Shown piece by piece: positions 27,249 to 37,622 of a stretch of 64,000 nt of DNA. Source of the DNA: Escherichia phage phiWec172; the sequence record LC739530.1; one strand, 5' to 3'. The translations under genes and the position numbers were made by a program. Each line of letters starts with the position of its first letter. Within the stretch, counting starts at the first letter, position 1. The notes below the pieces were generated by a model. That model had not been told where the DNA came from. It did no database searches and saw only the letters and a list, made by a program, of their open reading frames with translations.

Positions 27249-27746
27249 TCAAGCACAATTTGCTTTCATTACCTTATGGATTCTTTTTTCAGCATCTTCA
27301 TAAGTTTCTTTAGTAATAAACTTAATTGCTGCAATATTGGCATTGTAGAAGAGTCTGAGCTTCGAGTCAATCCTTTTTGTCATTACATCGAACTTATGTT
27401 GAAGGTTTGCTTCACCATAAACTAGGCCACCTTTTGTGTAGTAGGTTTGGATAATGTAAAAGTCAAAAAATTCTTTTCCAAAACTCTCAATATCTTTTTT
27501 AATATACTCAGAAGAAGTCTCGTAAGTCATCCAATCACTTTCCTTAGTGACTATTTTCTTCCGAGTCTTACCAGCAACTTTTCTTTTGGTCACGCTATTA
27601 AACTGTTTCCTTCCGATATAATATTGTCCAGTCTTCTTACAGTGTACTAAATAGATAAAGCCAAAATGTTTAGTGGGGTCAACTTCCCCACATAAAGATA
27701 CCCAATGACCATAGGTAGGGTAATTACCAAATCCTTTAATCTTCAT
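27249..27746 (-). CDS. GIY-YIG homing endonuclease
   Basis: GFIYLVHCKKTGQYYIGRKQ (GIY...YIG motif) near N-terminus; free-standing between DNA-metabolism genes. Confidence 0.6.
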   Translation of the reverse strand: MKIKGFGNYPTYGHWVSLCGEVDPTKHFGFIYLVHCKKTGQYYIGRKQFNSVTKRKVAGKTRKKIVTKESDWMTYETSSEYIKKDIESFGKEFFDFYIIQTYYTKGGLVYGEANLQHKFDVMTKRIDSKLRLFYNANIAAIKFITKETYEDAEKRIHKVMKANCA

Positions 27747-28776
27747 TCATACAAGGCTCCCAATTATATTTCTTAAAAGTAAAATCGTCTTTCTTGTTTC
27801 TTTCCTGATAAGCTAAGAAAAAGTGTTGCTGCATTAACTCTAAAGGTGTTCTGGTAATTGTTTGACCATCCCACGAGACATAAGTGTATGACTCTTTCTT
27901 AGCATAAAGTTCATAGATAGCATCAAGACACTCTTTGTAAGTGGTTTTACCTTCAAGGGCTTTCATTATAGTAGCCTTACCAACACCCTTTAAACCAAAA
28001 TAATTATCCGCATTATCACCAGCCACAGCTTGGTAACAAAGGAATTTAAAACCTACCCCAACTGTCTTCTTAGCTTTTGGTGTCGATTTTATTGGACAAT
28101 CCCAAATTTCACCAACGTTGTTATCAGCAATGAAAATCAAAGGTGACTTTTCATAGGTCATATCAATACAGTAAGTCCCTTCAGCTTGGCGAAGGTCTTT
28201 ATCAATACTCATTAAGGCAGCCTTTTTTCCCATCTTTTCAGCTTTAGCAATAACGATAGAGTCAGCTTCAAATCCATCAAGAATCAATTTGAACTCTGGT
28301 CTTGACAGAAGATATTCACGACAAGCAACTAAGTGTGTTGGTGTGACAGCATCTTTACGGTTACCTTGATATTGGTGCTCAAGACCTTTAATGTCTTTGT
28401 GTTTATGCACACCTTTCTCTGTTAAATAACCTACCCAAGTTCTCTCTTTACCAACAACCTTAAGCCATTCCTGAAGCACCTGTTGAGTAGCCATGATAGC
28501 TTCTTTTTCACTCTTAGCTTCTTTCCAAGTCTGTCTTTCCCATTCATCTTCATCAAATGTCAGGCCAAGTTCTTCCACAAGGATTCTCTGGTCTGCTAAC
28601 CATCTTGCAGCATCTTTCGCATTATCAAATGGCTCAGATTCTTCTGCTGTGAGTTTATTGACATATTTATATTTTGCTTTCTCAACTACACAAGCACCTT
28701 TGTAGGCAATACTGTCAGAGTCAATAAAAACATGTGTAACTGAATCGGGAAGTTTTGTTAATGTGTACTTCTCCAT
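27736..28776 (-). CDS. 5-prime to 3-prime exonuclease / flap endonuclease (RNase H-like)
   Basis: N-terminal acidic motif VFIDSDSIAYKGA and H3TH-like AGDNADNYFGLKGVGKATIMKAL. Confidence 0.65.
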   Translation of the reverse strand: MEKYTLTKLPDSVTHVFIDSDSIAYKGACVVEKAKYKYVNKLTAEESEPFDNAKDAARWLADQRILVEELGLTFDEDEWERQTWKEAKSEKEAIMATQQVLQEWLKVVGKERTWVGYLTEKGVHKHKDIKGLEHQYQGNRKDAVTPTHLVACREYLLSRPEFKLILDGFEADSIVIAKAEKMGKKAALMSIDKDLRQAEGTYCIDMTYEKSPLIFIADNNVGEIWDCPIKSTPKAKKTVGVGFKFLCYQAVAGDNADNYFGLKGVGKATIMKALEGKTTYKECLDAIYELYAKKESYTYVSWDGQTITRTPLELMQQHFFLAYQERNKKDDFTFKKYNWEPCMNED

Positions 28777-28780
28777 TATG

Positions 28781-28812
28781 GCTCTCCATATGAAAAAGCC
28801 CCATACTGAGTA
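28781..28812 (-). terminator. Candidate terminator after putative SSB gene
   Basis: Imperfect hairpin AGCCCTGTAC/GTATGGGGCT followed by TTTTT on minus strand. Confidence 0.3.
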
Positions 28813-28838
28813 CAGGGCTTTAAAGTAACTTTTAGAGA

Positions 28839-29705
28839 TTAGTCTTCTGTATCGAAGTCTTCATCTTCTTCGTCATCTGGGTCTGGCAAATCTTCATCAT
28901 CACCGTCATCAGAATCATCAGAATCATTCGAAGGTTTGTGGTCTGTTGCGTCTTCTTCAGTGATTTCACCGTTATCTTCAACACCATCAAGACCAAGCAT
29001 AGCCAGTTCATCTTCATCCAGTTCAGGTTCACCATTAGCACCGTTACCACCAGTGTAAGGTACAAGAGTATCAATGATAAACTGTTCCTGAATAGGTTTT
29101 GTCAGAACATTGTTCTCAAAAGTGTAGAAGTGAGTAGAAAGAATCACACTACCAAAAGAACCGTTACCAACTGCGATATCTGGATGAATTACATCATAGT
29201 TCTTATCATCTTCATGTTTATCAGATGCTTGAGCTTTGATTTTCTTCATCGGTTGTTTAACAGCTACACGCTTACCATTTACTTCTTCAATAAGCATAAC
29301 AGGGAATGACTGTTTAGCTGTCCATACAGCACCATCTTTATAAGCTGCTGCACGACTTACTTTCAAGATGTAGTAAGTGTCTGCTTCAAATGGTGGTTTG
29401 CAGCCAAACTTCTCTTCGAAGTCATCTGCATCAACTGCTTCAGTAGTAACTTTATCCCAACCTTCTGGGTTCTTCTTAGACTTAGTAAACTCTTTAAAGA
29501 GCTTGTTACCATCTTCTGCCAGAATTGAAACACTGTAGTTGCAGTCTTTTCCTGGGAATTTCTTGTCAATAGATTTACCTTTACCCGGACGTGGTGAAGT
29601 GTTCAGGTAATAAAACCAGACATCTTTCAGCAGGTAACGCAGAGTTTGACGTTCAGTACCATTGTATTTCTCTACCGGAGCTTTCATTTTAACAACTTTA
29701 GACAT
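28839..29705 (-). CDS. Putative single-stranded DNA-binding protein with acidic C-terminal tail
   Basis: C-terminus DSDDSDDGDDEDLPDPDDEEDEDFDTED typical of phage SSBs; placement among replication genes. Confidence 0.4.
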   Translation of the reverse strand: MSKVVKMKAPVEKYNGTERQTLRYLLKDVWFYYLNTSPRPGKGKSIDKKFPGKDCNYSVSILAEDGNKLFKEFTKSKKNPEGWDKVTTEAVDADDFEEKFGCKPPFEADTYYILKVSRAAAYKDGAVWTAKQSFPVMLIEEVNGKRVAVKQPMKKIKAQASDKHEDDKNYDVIHPDIAVGNGSFGSVILSTHFYTFENNVLTKPIQEQFIIDTLVPYTGGNGANGEPELDEDELAMLGLDGVEDNGEITEEDATDHKPSNDSDDSDDGDDEDLPDPDDEEDEDFDTED

Positions 29706-29777
29706 TATTTAAACCTCTATCTCAATTTATGAAGAGTACCAATTCTAATTTGTTGATACTCTATTGTCAAATACTAA

Positions 29778-29927
29778 TTACTGGAAGTTGTGCTTATCTT
29801 TAGAAGCTGCTTTACGTGCAGTTTTTCCAGTTCTTACACGTTTTTCTTCATAGTATTTTGCTGGTTTTCCAGCAGTGGCTTTTAAGGAATCCCCAAAAAC
29901 TTTTTCAAATGCTTTAGAGTGTTTCAT
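29778..29927 (-). CDS. small basic hypothetical protein (about 49 aa), below track cutoff
   Basis: ATG with GGAGAA RBS; ATGA overlap with stop of 29924..30217. Confidence 0.3.
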   Translation of the reverse strand: MKHSKAFEKVFGDSLKATAGKPAKYYEEKRVRTGKTARKAASKDKHNFQ

Positions 29928-30217
29928 GATATTCTCCGATATACTTGATATTCAAACACATTTTCTTTAATTATAAACAGCCAACTAATATTATGCTGAG
30001 GCAGCGCAACGATGACTGTAATCATGCTTTGGTGGAAATCTTCTTTTATCTCAACTTCTCCATCGCATTTCATAAGGAGCATTCTATAGAACCTATCAAT
30101 CTTTGTCAAACACTCTTCCTGAAATTTATTTAAACTTTTTTCTTCAAAGAAGGGTGTGAACCCCTCTCTTTTATAACTATCACTCAGTTTCGAATGGGCA
30201 GTCATCTGCATCCTCAC
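29924..30217 (-). CDS. hypothetical protein
   Basis: 97-aa ORF. Confidence 0.4.
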   Translation of the reverse strand: MRMQMTAHSKLSDSYKREGFTPFFEEKSLNKFQEECLTKIDRFYRMLLMKCDGEVEIKEDFHQSMITVIVALPQHNISWLFIIKENVFEYQVYRRIS

Positions 30218-32171
30218 TTAATACAGGTGGAATCGTTGAGCTTTGACGCTGTTCTTCAGTATAGACTTCACCAGTCTCACGGTCAAACACTTCATCCTCA
30301 TAATGTGGCAAAGAGTCATCGTAATGGTCTTCAGCTTCACCAATACCAAACTGTTGGCGAATATTTTCTGCTGCGCCATCAATGTCAACTCCACAACCAG
30401 ATGCTTTGATGAGGCGTCCTGTATCTGGATTGTACCAAGTATGACCAGCAATACCCGTTGACTTACCATGACGACGACACTTAGTTAACTTGATTTTTGT
30501 CAAGTTTTTCTTAACAGGGTCTGGGTCAACCTTGTTACGCATTAACAGAATGTTGTTCATAGAAATCTGGAAATACGCACCAGAGCCTTTAATATCCTCT
30601 TCAGAGATATCTCCACCTTCAGAGTTAGCCTTCTGACCACCTGCACTCTTACGAACGTGACAGACGTTCACCTGTGCATACTGGTAGCGTTTGCAACGGC
30701 GCAATAGCTCAGACAAAACTTCCTCTTCATCCGTATCTGAACGTGACAGAGCCAACGTAATAGGGTCAAGAATAATAATCTTACAGTCTAAACTGTTAAC
30801 AAGATAGTCAACAAATTCCAGCAGGTTATCTTGGTCAATTGCACCTTGATGGTCAACGATGTGGATACGACGACATTTAGACAGTTCTGCATGTGCTTCC
30901 TTCAATTCATCCCAATCACGTTCGTCATAAGGAATCTCAGAAATCTGCTTGCTCAGGTGGATTGCACAGAGCATCTCCATCAACTCTTCATATGTATCTT
31001 CGACAGGAATTACACCAATATTGTAATCAGTATCTTTCCAAGCAGTGTAAATCATTTCACGAGTGTATGCAGATTTACCCACTGAAGATGGTGCTGCCAG
31101 AGTTGTAATCTCACCTAAACCATAACCGCCATAAGTCAGCCTGTTCAAATCTCCGAAAGATTCTGGGAAAGGAATCAATGGAATCTGACCACGATTCTTC
31201 ATTGCCTCAAAACCATCTGCGAAGTTCTTGATACCAGCAGGACAGTAACGAGGTGCATTGTAGATACGCTGCTTAAATCCTTCCAGAACTGTATCTTTCT
31301 CTTTATAGAACTTTGTCCACCATTCGTTAAGGTCTTTTACACCCTCTGGATACTGGAATAAACGAACCTTCTCAATAGGTAGGATACCAGCAGCCTCTTT
31401 AGTAGCTTTAGCACCTGCTTCATCGTTATCAAAGCACAAGTAAATCTCATCAAATGATGTGATGTACTGATAGTTGTCTTTGATAGACTTAATGTTTGCA
31501 CCTGACGGAACAGATACGTGACAGTAATTCTTACGACGAGACTTATCTTTAATCGCCAAAGAAGTCATGTAGATTGCTGTCGCACATTCCATCTCACCTT
31601 CCCAGATGAATAGACGGTTACCACCTTCTGGAGCAATCCATGAACCGAACATTGCCAGTTCACCTTTAATGTCTCCAACACCACCAGAAAAGTCTTTTAG
31701 CTTACCACGTAGGTGCTCTTTTGGATGGTCTTCTGGGTAACGGTGACGAACACGGTAACCAACATGTTCTAGCTTACCATCTTCATTACGTTTGTAAGTT
31801 GGATAGAAATGTGCGTCAATTTCACCATCACTGTCAATGTCAACCTTGATACCTAAGCGTTCAAGGACTTTTGCAGGAATCTTCCTATCTTTCAAGTCCA
31901 TTGCTTCTAGGTTTTCTTTCACATCGTCTAAATCCATTCCACGGAAAGTACGGTTTTTATTGTCTGAACCAGTAGAATAAGTGCTCACGATTTGTCCTTT
32001 ATCAAAATCCCACTCTGGGAAACCTTTGTTACAACTAAAGCAAGTCATCGAATAAGAATCATCGTCATGATGATAGATTGAACCAGCATCTGATGAACCA
32101 CAACGTGGACATGCACAATGACCAATAAACTGACCAGCCTCTTTCAATTTACGACCTTTAGACATTAGCAC
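30180..32171 (-). CDS. Bifunctional DNA primase-helicase (zinc ribbon, TOPRIM and DnaB-like helicase)
   Basis: N-terminal CxxC..CxxC zinc ribbon (CPRCGS...CFSC), Walker A GLGEITTLAAPSSVGKS; 663 aa. Confidence 0.7.
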   Translation of the reverse strand: MLMSKGRKLKEAGQFIGHCACPRCGSSDAGSIYHHDDDSYSMTCFSCNKGFPEWDFDKGQIVSTYSTGSDNKNRTFRGMDLDDVKENLEAMDLKDRKIPAKVLERLGIKVDIDSDGEIDAHFYPTYKRNEDGKLEHVGYRVRHRYPEDHPKEHLRGKLKDFSGGVGDIKGELAMFGSWIAPEGGNRLFIWEGEMECATAIYMTSLAIKDKSRRKNYCHVSVPSGANIKSIKDNYQYITSFDEIYLCFDNDEAGAKATKEAAGILPIEKVRLFQYPEGVKDLNEWWTKFYKEKDTVLEGFKQRIYNAPRYCPAGIKNFADGFEAMKNRGQIPLIPFPESFGDLNRLTYGGYGLGEITTLAAPSSVGKSAYTREMIYTAWKDTDYNIGVIPVEDTYEELMEMLCAIHLSKQISEIPYDERDWDELKEAHAELSKCRRIHIVDHQGAIDQDNLLEFVDYLVNSLDCKIIILDPITLALSRSDTDEEEVLSELLRRCKRYQYAQVNVCHVRKSAGGQKANSEGGDISEEDIKGSGAYFQISMNNILLMRNKVDPDPVKKNLTKIKLTKCRRHGKSTGIAGHTWYNPDTGRLIKASGCGVDIDGAAENIRQQFGIGEAEDHYDDSLPHYEDEVFDRETGEVYTEEQRQSSTIPPVLSEDADDCPFETE

Positions 32172-32358
32172 CTCTTCGTTGTAGTTCTGCCTTCAATCCG
32201 TTTTCAATCTTGTCCAGTTCATGAATTTCATCTGCAATCTCTTTCCTTCGTGATTCAACTCTCTTAAGACGTTCAATCATTACCTCATTGGAAAGAGATG
32301 AGAGTTCCACTAAACGGTGGTCAATAACTTTAAAATTGTCTTTTACTCTCATCTTCAT
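32158..32358 (-). CDS. hypothetical protein
   Basis: 66-aa charged ORF. Confidence 0.35.
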   Translation of the reverse strand: MKMRVKDNFKVIDHRLVELSSLSNEVMIERLKRVESRRKEIADEIHELDKIENGLKAELQRRGANV

Positions 32359-32366
32359 TCTCTCTT

Positions 32367-33110
32367 TTAAACTTTAATGATGGCTCTTAGCTTGTTCTCA
32401 AGGTCTGCAAGAGTACCATTATTATGAATAATGTCACGCTCATATTTTGTAGAAATCCCATTTTCTGAAACATGTGATGAAACTTTGTCCACATTGTCTC
32501 TTTTTACTTCAATAGTTTGGTGTGCAAATCTACTCAGCCATTCAGCTTCAGAGTCAAATCTTAAATCACTGATTAAGACAAAACCATATTGGTTTCTAAG
32601 TGAGCACATTTCATGGAATCTAACCATTCTTTTTTCAAGGTCTTTAGACCAGAACTTGTCGCCCATTACTTTACGGACAACTTCAGTACCCCAAACCTGT
32701 TGAATTTGTCTTGATGAGAATTTATACTTTTTACTAAACCCCAGACGTGTCAATAGAGTCGGTTTAGCAACCTTCTTAAGCTCCATGATTAATCGTCCGG
32801 TTAACTCTGACATAAGCTTGAAGTCCATATGGTAACGTTCATCTCTGAAGGTGAACTCCATAGCTTCCGTAACTTTAAACATCAGTTCAGAGTATGATAA
32901 GTCAAAAACCTGTGGAGTCTCTTTAGTTTCACCGTACAGGTCATTCCAAGTCAAGTCAAATATCTTTGATGCAGATAGTTTAAGGTTGTCTGCAAAGGCC
33001 ATTACAGCAACATTGTAGCCATACTCATCCTCTAAGATGTTCTTCACAATAGAACATGAGGTGTCTTTTCCAGAACGTGCCTTTCCAGTAAATGCGATAA
33101 TATTACTCAT
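32367..33110 (-). CDS. Deoxynucleoside monophosphate kinase
   Basis: N-terminus IIAFTGKARSGKDT resembles T4 gp1 dNMP kinase (LIFLSGVKRSGKDT). Confidence 0.55.
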   Translation of the reverse strand: MSNIIAFTGKARSGKDTSCSIVKNILEDEYGYNVAVMAFADNLKLSASKIFDLTWNDLYGETKETPQVFDLSYSELMFKVTEAMEFTFRDERYHMDFKLMSELTGRLIMELKKVAKPTLLTRLGFSKKYKFSSRQIQQVWGTEVVRKVMGDKFWSKDLEKRMVRFHEMCSLRNQYGFVLISDLRFDSEAEWLSRFAHQTIEVKRDNVDKVSSHVSENGISTKYERDIIHNNGTLADLENKLRAIIKV

Positions 33111-33171
33111 TTTATCTCCCTTAATTACTAAAAAGCCCCCAACTAAGGAGGCTTGTAAGATTTATAAAGAC

Positions 33172-33972
33172 TTAGTGCAGTTGCTCAGCAGACTCTTTTT
33201 CAGCCATAGCTGAGATTTGCTTCACAAAATCATCACCGAAGTTAATGCGTAGTTTCTCTTCAATGATTGAAGCACCAATGTTCACCAAAACATCATTGAT
33301 TGCTTGCATACTAACGCCACCAGTCATTTCCTCAATGAACTCAATACTCACACCCATCATCTGTGACAGTTGGATTAGTGCAACGATATTCATCATCGTA
33401 GATATAGCTGGAATCATCAGTGCAACTTTCACCTGAAGTGGTTCAATGTCAGCTACAGAGTCATTTTCAACAGCTTCTTCCAAAGACTCTTTAGTTTGCT
33501 GGATAATCTCTTTGATTCGTGGGTTTAATTCTTCTACGCCCCAATCAAGTTTTTCATATCGTGAAAGTTTCTCTTCCATACGCTTCTCAAGAACAGCCAT
33601 AACAGCACTCGTTGATGAGATAAGTGTATCAATAATGAAATCAGTGTCCTTAGTCAGCAACAGTTCCTTATCTTCGTCTGACATCCTGATATAGTCATTC
33701 TTTTGCATTTCATAAAAAATGAACTCAGCAAGTGCATCAACACCAACCGCAATAGATGCCAGAGCAAGTGTAGTGTCTGTCAACATCATATTAACCTGTT
33801 CTGCAAAAGCACCGTTATCAGACTTGTCTTCAGGCAAGTTATAGCTTGCAGGCATAAACTGTTCTGTGTAGTTGTTGCCACGAAGAATCATAGCCATGCT
33901 TTCTACGGCATTGATTAAGAATGCTTCATCAACACCTTTCTCTTCAAGCATCTTTTCTACATCGATATTCAT
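33172..33972 (-). CDS. hypothetical protein
   Basis: 266-aa ORF. Confidence 0.45.
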   Translation of the reverse strand: MNIDVEKMLEEKGVDEAFLINAVESMAMILRGNNYTEQFMPASYNLPEDKSDNGAFAEQVNMMLTDTTLALASIAVGVDALAEFIFYEMQKNDYIRMSDEDKELLLTKDTDFIIDTLISSTSAVMAVLEKRMEEKLSRYEKLDWGVEELNPRIKEIIQQTKESLEEAVENDSVADIEPLQVKVALMIPAISTMMNIVALIQLSQMMGVSIEFIEEMTGGVSMQAINDVLVNIGASIIEEKLRINFGDDFVKQISAMAEKESAEQLH

Positions 33973-33973
33973 A

Positions 33974-34396
33974 TTATTTCTCTCTCAGTTGGTTAAGTTT
34001 CTTTCTAGAACATTTTAAGTTTTCGGATGAAGAAAAGTCAAGTGTCTTTTCAGAACGTGGATAATAGTGCCTATCCCAAGAAGTTTCAACATCGTTAATC
34101 AGTGATGCTAGATTACACAGGTCTGTACCACTTTGCAACCTCTTTTTAAGAGAATCTAGTAAAGCAACTGTGTCTTTAGCTTTACGTCTCGCTGTAGCAA
34201 CATCTTTCATATGCTCAAATACAGAGCATTTTAAGTCATCTTCATAGTCTTCAGACAACTCTATTTCATGTTGTATATCAACCATTCTCCTGTGATGGTG
34301 AGCATATTCCCGTTGAGCAGCAATGTCAAGTTCTTCCAACTTCTGCAAAGCTCTAACAAAGTCAGCTATGTCTGGGTGAACAAACATTTTCTGCAT
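33974..34396 (-). CDS. hypothetical protein
   Basis: 140-aa ORF; first gene of the minus-strand block. Confidence 0.45.
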   Translation of the reverse strand: MQKMFVHPDIADFVRALQKLEELDIAAQREYAHHHRRMVDIQHEIELSEDYEDDLKCSVFEHMKDVATARRKAKDTVALLDSLKKRLQSGTDLCNLASLINDVETSWDRHYYPRSEKTLDFSSSENLKCSRKKLNQLREK

Positions 34397-34654
34397 GTAA
34401 GCCTCTTTTAAGTAGCTATTAAGTTTTAATCTTTTATCTTAACGTATTCTATACGTTATACTTTAAAGCTTTTTAAAAGCTATTAAATAATCTTTTAAGA
34501 GTTTTAAAGTATCTGTATAGTTAAACTGTTAAGTAACCTTTTAAGTAAAAACCCACTTCGCAAAGATTAACACCTTGTCAAGTACATTGTCAACTTGCTT
34601 TTTATAATTTTTTGCAGTAATGTATGAAGTTAACGGTTTTAGAGGGAGTAAAAA
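34397..34654. promoter_or_regulatory. AT-rich divergent control region (strand switch) with perfect TATAAT and strong RBS for DNA polymerase
   Basis: TATAAT at about 34603-34608 on plus strand; GGGAG SD 8 nt before ATG at 34655; genes diverge from this region. Confidence 0.4.
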
Positions 34655-36797
34655 ATGGAAAACGTAGATTTTAAGAACTTACATTTGGTTGGTGATACAG
34701 AAACTGATGGTTTACTCCTTGAGTTCACTAAAGTGCACGTAATGGCTTTCGCAGACTATAAATCTGACGATGAAGAGCCACCTGTATGGGTCTTTACAGA
34801 TGAGCCTATCCTCGGTCACAAGTATACCAAGTACATTAAGGGTGGTTTACGTGAAGGTGTTGAATTTGCGTTAAAGGCAAAACGTCTTTGCATCCATAAC
34901 GGTCTCGGTTATGACTGGTGGGTCTTCAATCACATTGCACCTGATTTATGGAACTTTGATAATCCAAAATGTAAGCCGTGGAGTAATTTCTTTCAGGATT
35001 CTCTTATCCAGTCTCGTGTTCAGTGGATGGATAGACCAACTCCAAAGGGTTATAAAGGTGCTCATGGTTTGGCTGCATGGGGTGCTCGTGTTGGTGTTCG
35101 TAAGCCAGAGATTGAACATTGGGGTGTGTGGAATGCAGAAATCTTCACTCGTGTTGTAGAAGATATCCGTATTAACGCCAAAACTAAACGGGCACTTGAT
35201 AACGAGTATCTCAAGCTTAAGAAGTGTGGTATAGACACTTATGAAACTTACATGCGAGCTAAAGAAACATCTTTCTGGATGAGTCAACAAGCTATCAATG
35301 GTTGGAAAGCTGATAAAGAGCTTATGGAGTTCCATGTAAAGGAACTTGACAAGTTGACTAATGAGCTTGCTTCAGAGGTTGAACCACATCTACCTCCAAC
35401 TATTAAGACCAAAGGTAAAGTGACTGGAGAAGAGTTTGCAAAAGCTTGGAATGAGTATGTTGAAACATTTGGTCATGCAGATGGACTGAAAAGAATTACC
35501 AAGTACCCTAAAACAAAGTATCGTCAGCAGGTGCGTAACGGTGAGATGCAGACATACGAAATCAAGCCATTTGGTAAGCCAACTACAAAGATTTTTAACA
35601 TTGAAAAAAGAAATTGCTATACACCAACCAACTCTGTAACTGGTGAAGAGTACAAGGAAGGTTTTGTAGCAATGAAGGATGCTCGTGCAATTTGCAATGA
35701 GTTGAATGCAAAGATTGGTAAGAAGTGCAAAGACTGGAAGCCAGTAAAAACAGTCAAAACTGTGAAGTACTATAACAGCCACGTTGTTAACCACTTTGAA
35801 CTTGAGTCAAGTCGCTACACAGGTTTGATTGATGCACCATATACACCAATTGAGTTCGAAGTTTCTCGCATGACTCAGGTAGCAGTTGTTAAAGACTACT
35901 TGAAATCAGTTGGTTGGATTCCAGATGACTGGAACTACAAGAAAGACTCAGACGGTCGCCCTGTCAAAGTTTGTCGTTTCAAAGACAATAAAAAGATGAT
36001 TACAAAGCATCCTAAGTGGCAGGAAATGGTTGAGCGGTGTGGTTTGAGCTATGTTGAGCATGAAGGTGTACAGTACATTGAGCATAACTGGTCTGTGAAG
36101 AAATACACAGATTTGCTTGAGCCTTGCTTAATCCGTACTTCACCAAAACTTACTGAGTCATCTTATGATACGATTGAAGGTGAGCTTGGACAGAAGATTG
36201 CTAAGTACTATACTTTGATGCACCGACGCAGAACTATTGAGAACTCAAAGGATGATGAAAAAGGTTGGTTGAACCAGATTCGTCCTGATGGTCGCCTTAG
36301 TGCTGGTGCAATGGTGTTTGGCACTTCAACTGGACGTATGACACAATATGGTATTGTAAACGTACCATCTGGTGCTGCTGTCTATGGAGCGCCTATGAGG
36401 GAGGTGTGGATTTGTGAGGAAGGGACTAATATCGTTTCAGTTGACCAGAACTCTGCACAGCTTGTTTTACTGTGTAACTTTATGGGTGATAAAGACTTCA
36501 CCAAAGCGGTAACTGAAGGTAAAGAGTTTGTAGAGTTCACTAAACAGGATGATGGACGATACTACTGCAAGCATCTTGATAAGTACCTAAATCCAGAGGC
36601 TGATAAATATTGTCGTTACGATGCTGATAATGATTTGTATGAAGTCTACACAGGTACTGATGCGCATACACTTAACAGTATTTACTTTGGTCTGAACAAG
36701 GAAGAAGATATTGTTCGTTGTAGGGAGACACAGGATGAGGAACTTCTTCATGAGATTACAAAAGGTCGTAAGAAGAGCAAAAATGGCATTTATGCGT
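34655..36797 (+). CDS. DNA polymerase (family A), exon 1: 3-prime-5-prime exonuclease and N-terminal polymerase region up to motif B
   Basis: Exo motif GDTETDG; ends ...KKSKNGIYA within motif B; track ORF runs to stop at 36838 inside the intron. Confidence 0.7.
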
Positions 36798-37065
36798 CAG
36801 TGGCGCATGTAAAACGTTGTGAATTGCTGGAAGCCTAAGTCTGTAAAGATATGGTAATCAGCAGCGAAGCCTCTTAAGAGGAACGTTCAGAGACTATCGA
36901 AAAGCATACTTAACGTATGAACTGAGTAGAGTAGGGTGGTAAGCTAATGACCATCCCCAAGTGCAACGGTAGTATTACTACTACGTGATATAGTCCGACA
37001 CTCCGTAGAAATGCGGAGAAGTTCATAAGAGAACTGGTACACCTTGCGAGTGTATTGACCAGATG
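36798..37065 (+). ncRNA. ORF-less group I intron (about 268 nt) interrupting DNA polymerase motif B
   Basis: P1: exon AUGCGU pairs with intron GCGCAU (U.G at splice site); P AAUUGCUGGAAG, Q AAUCAGCAGC, R GUUCAGAGACUA, S GAUAUAGUCC; terminal G; splice restores ...GIYALLFGAGDEK... Confidence 0.75.
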
Positions 37066-37622
37066 TATTGTTCGGGGCTGGAGACGAGAAGTTTGCAAAA
37101 ACTATCAAGGCATCATCTACGGAAGAAGGTGCATTGACTAAACAAACTTACTATATGCGTCTGCCAAAGATTAAGAAGTTACTTGATAGCTTAGAAGCCG
37201 ATTTTAAGGCGTCTAAAAAGGCTCTGGAAGAGGTTTTTGGGAAGAATTCTTCAATTGCTAAAGGTGGTTATATCAGGGTCGCTGGAGCATGGATATGGTG
37301 CAAATCTCCACATAAACTACTGAACTACCTCCTGATGAGTTCGGAAGCACAGATTCAGAATGAGGCCATCAACCTTGCAGCAAGAAAAGCCTGTGAAGAT
37401 GGCCTGACAAAACTGAATGCTCGAAAACCAGCTATCGGAGCAAGGTTGCTTCTGGCATATCACGATGAAAATAGTTGGGAATGTCCAGAGGGTATGACAC
37501 AGGATATGAAAGCAATTGCTGACTGGATGTATGGACAAGCTTCAAAAAACTTAGGTTTGAGGAAAGAAACACTTGTAACTGGTACAGCAAAGGTTGGTAA
37601 GTCGTGGTATGAGGTACATTGA
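37066..37622 (+). CDS. DNA polymerase (family A), exon 2: motif B C-terminal half and motif C
   Basis: FGAGDEK(F) matches T7 YGAGDEK; motif C LLLAYHDENSWE. Confidence 0.7.

Noticed and set aside
34587-34608. T4-type middle (MotA-dependent) promoter suggested by TGCTT next to TATAAT upstream of the polymerase gene
   Set aside because: The TGCTT box is only about 3 nt from the -10 element, whereas a MotA box is centred near -30; spacing is incompatible.
36910-37098. 62-aa minus-strand ORF inside the polymerase intron
   Set aside because: Antisense to the polymerase gene, overlaps the ribozyme core elements and exon 2, no RBS; treated as a chance ORF, so the intron is considered ORF-less.
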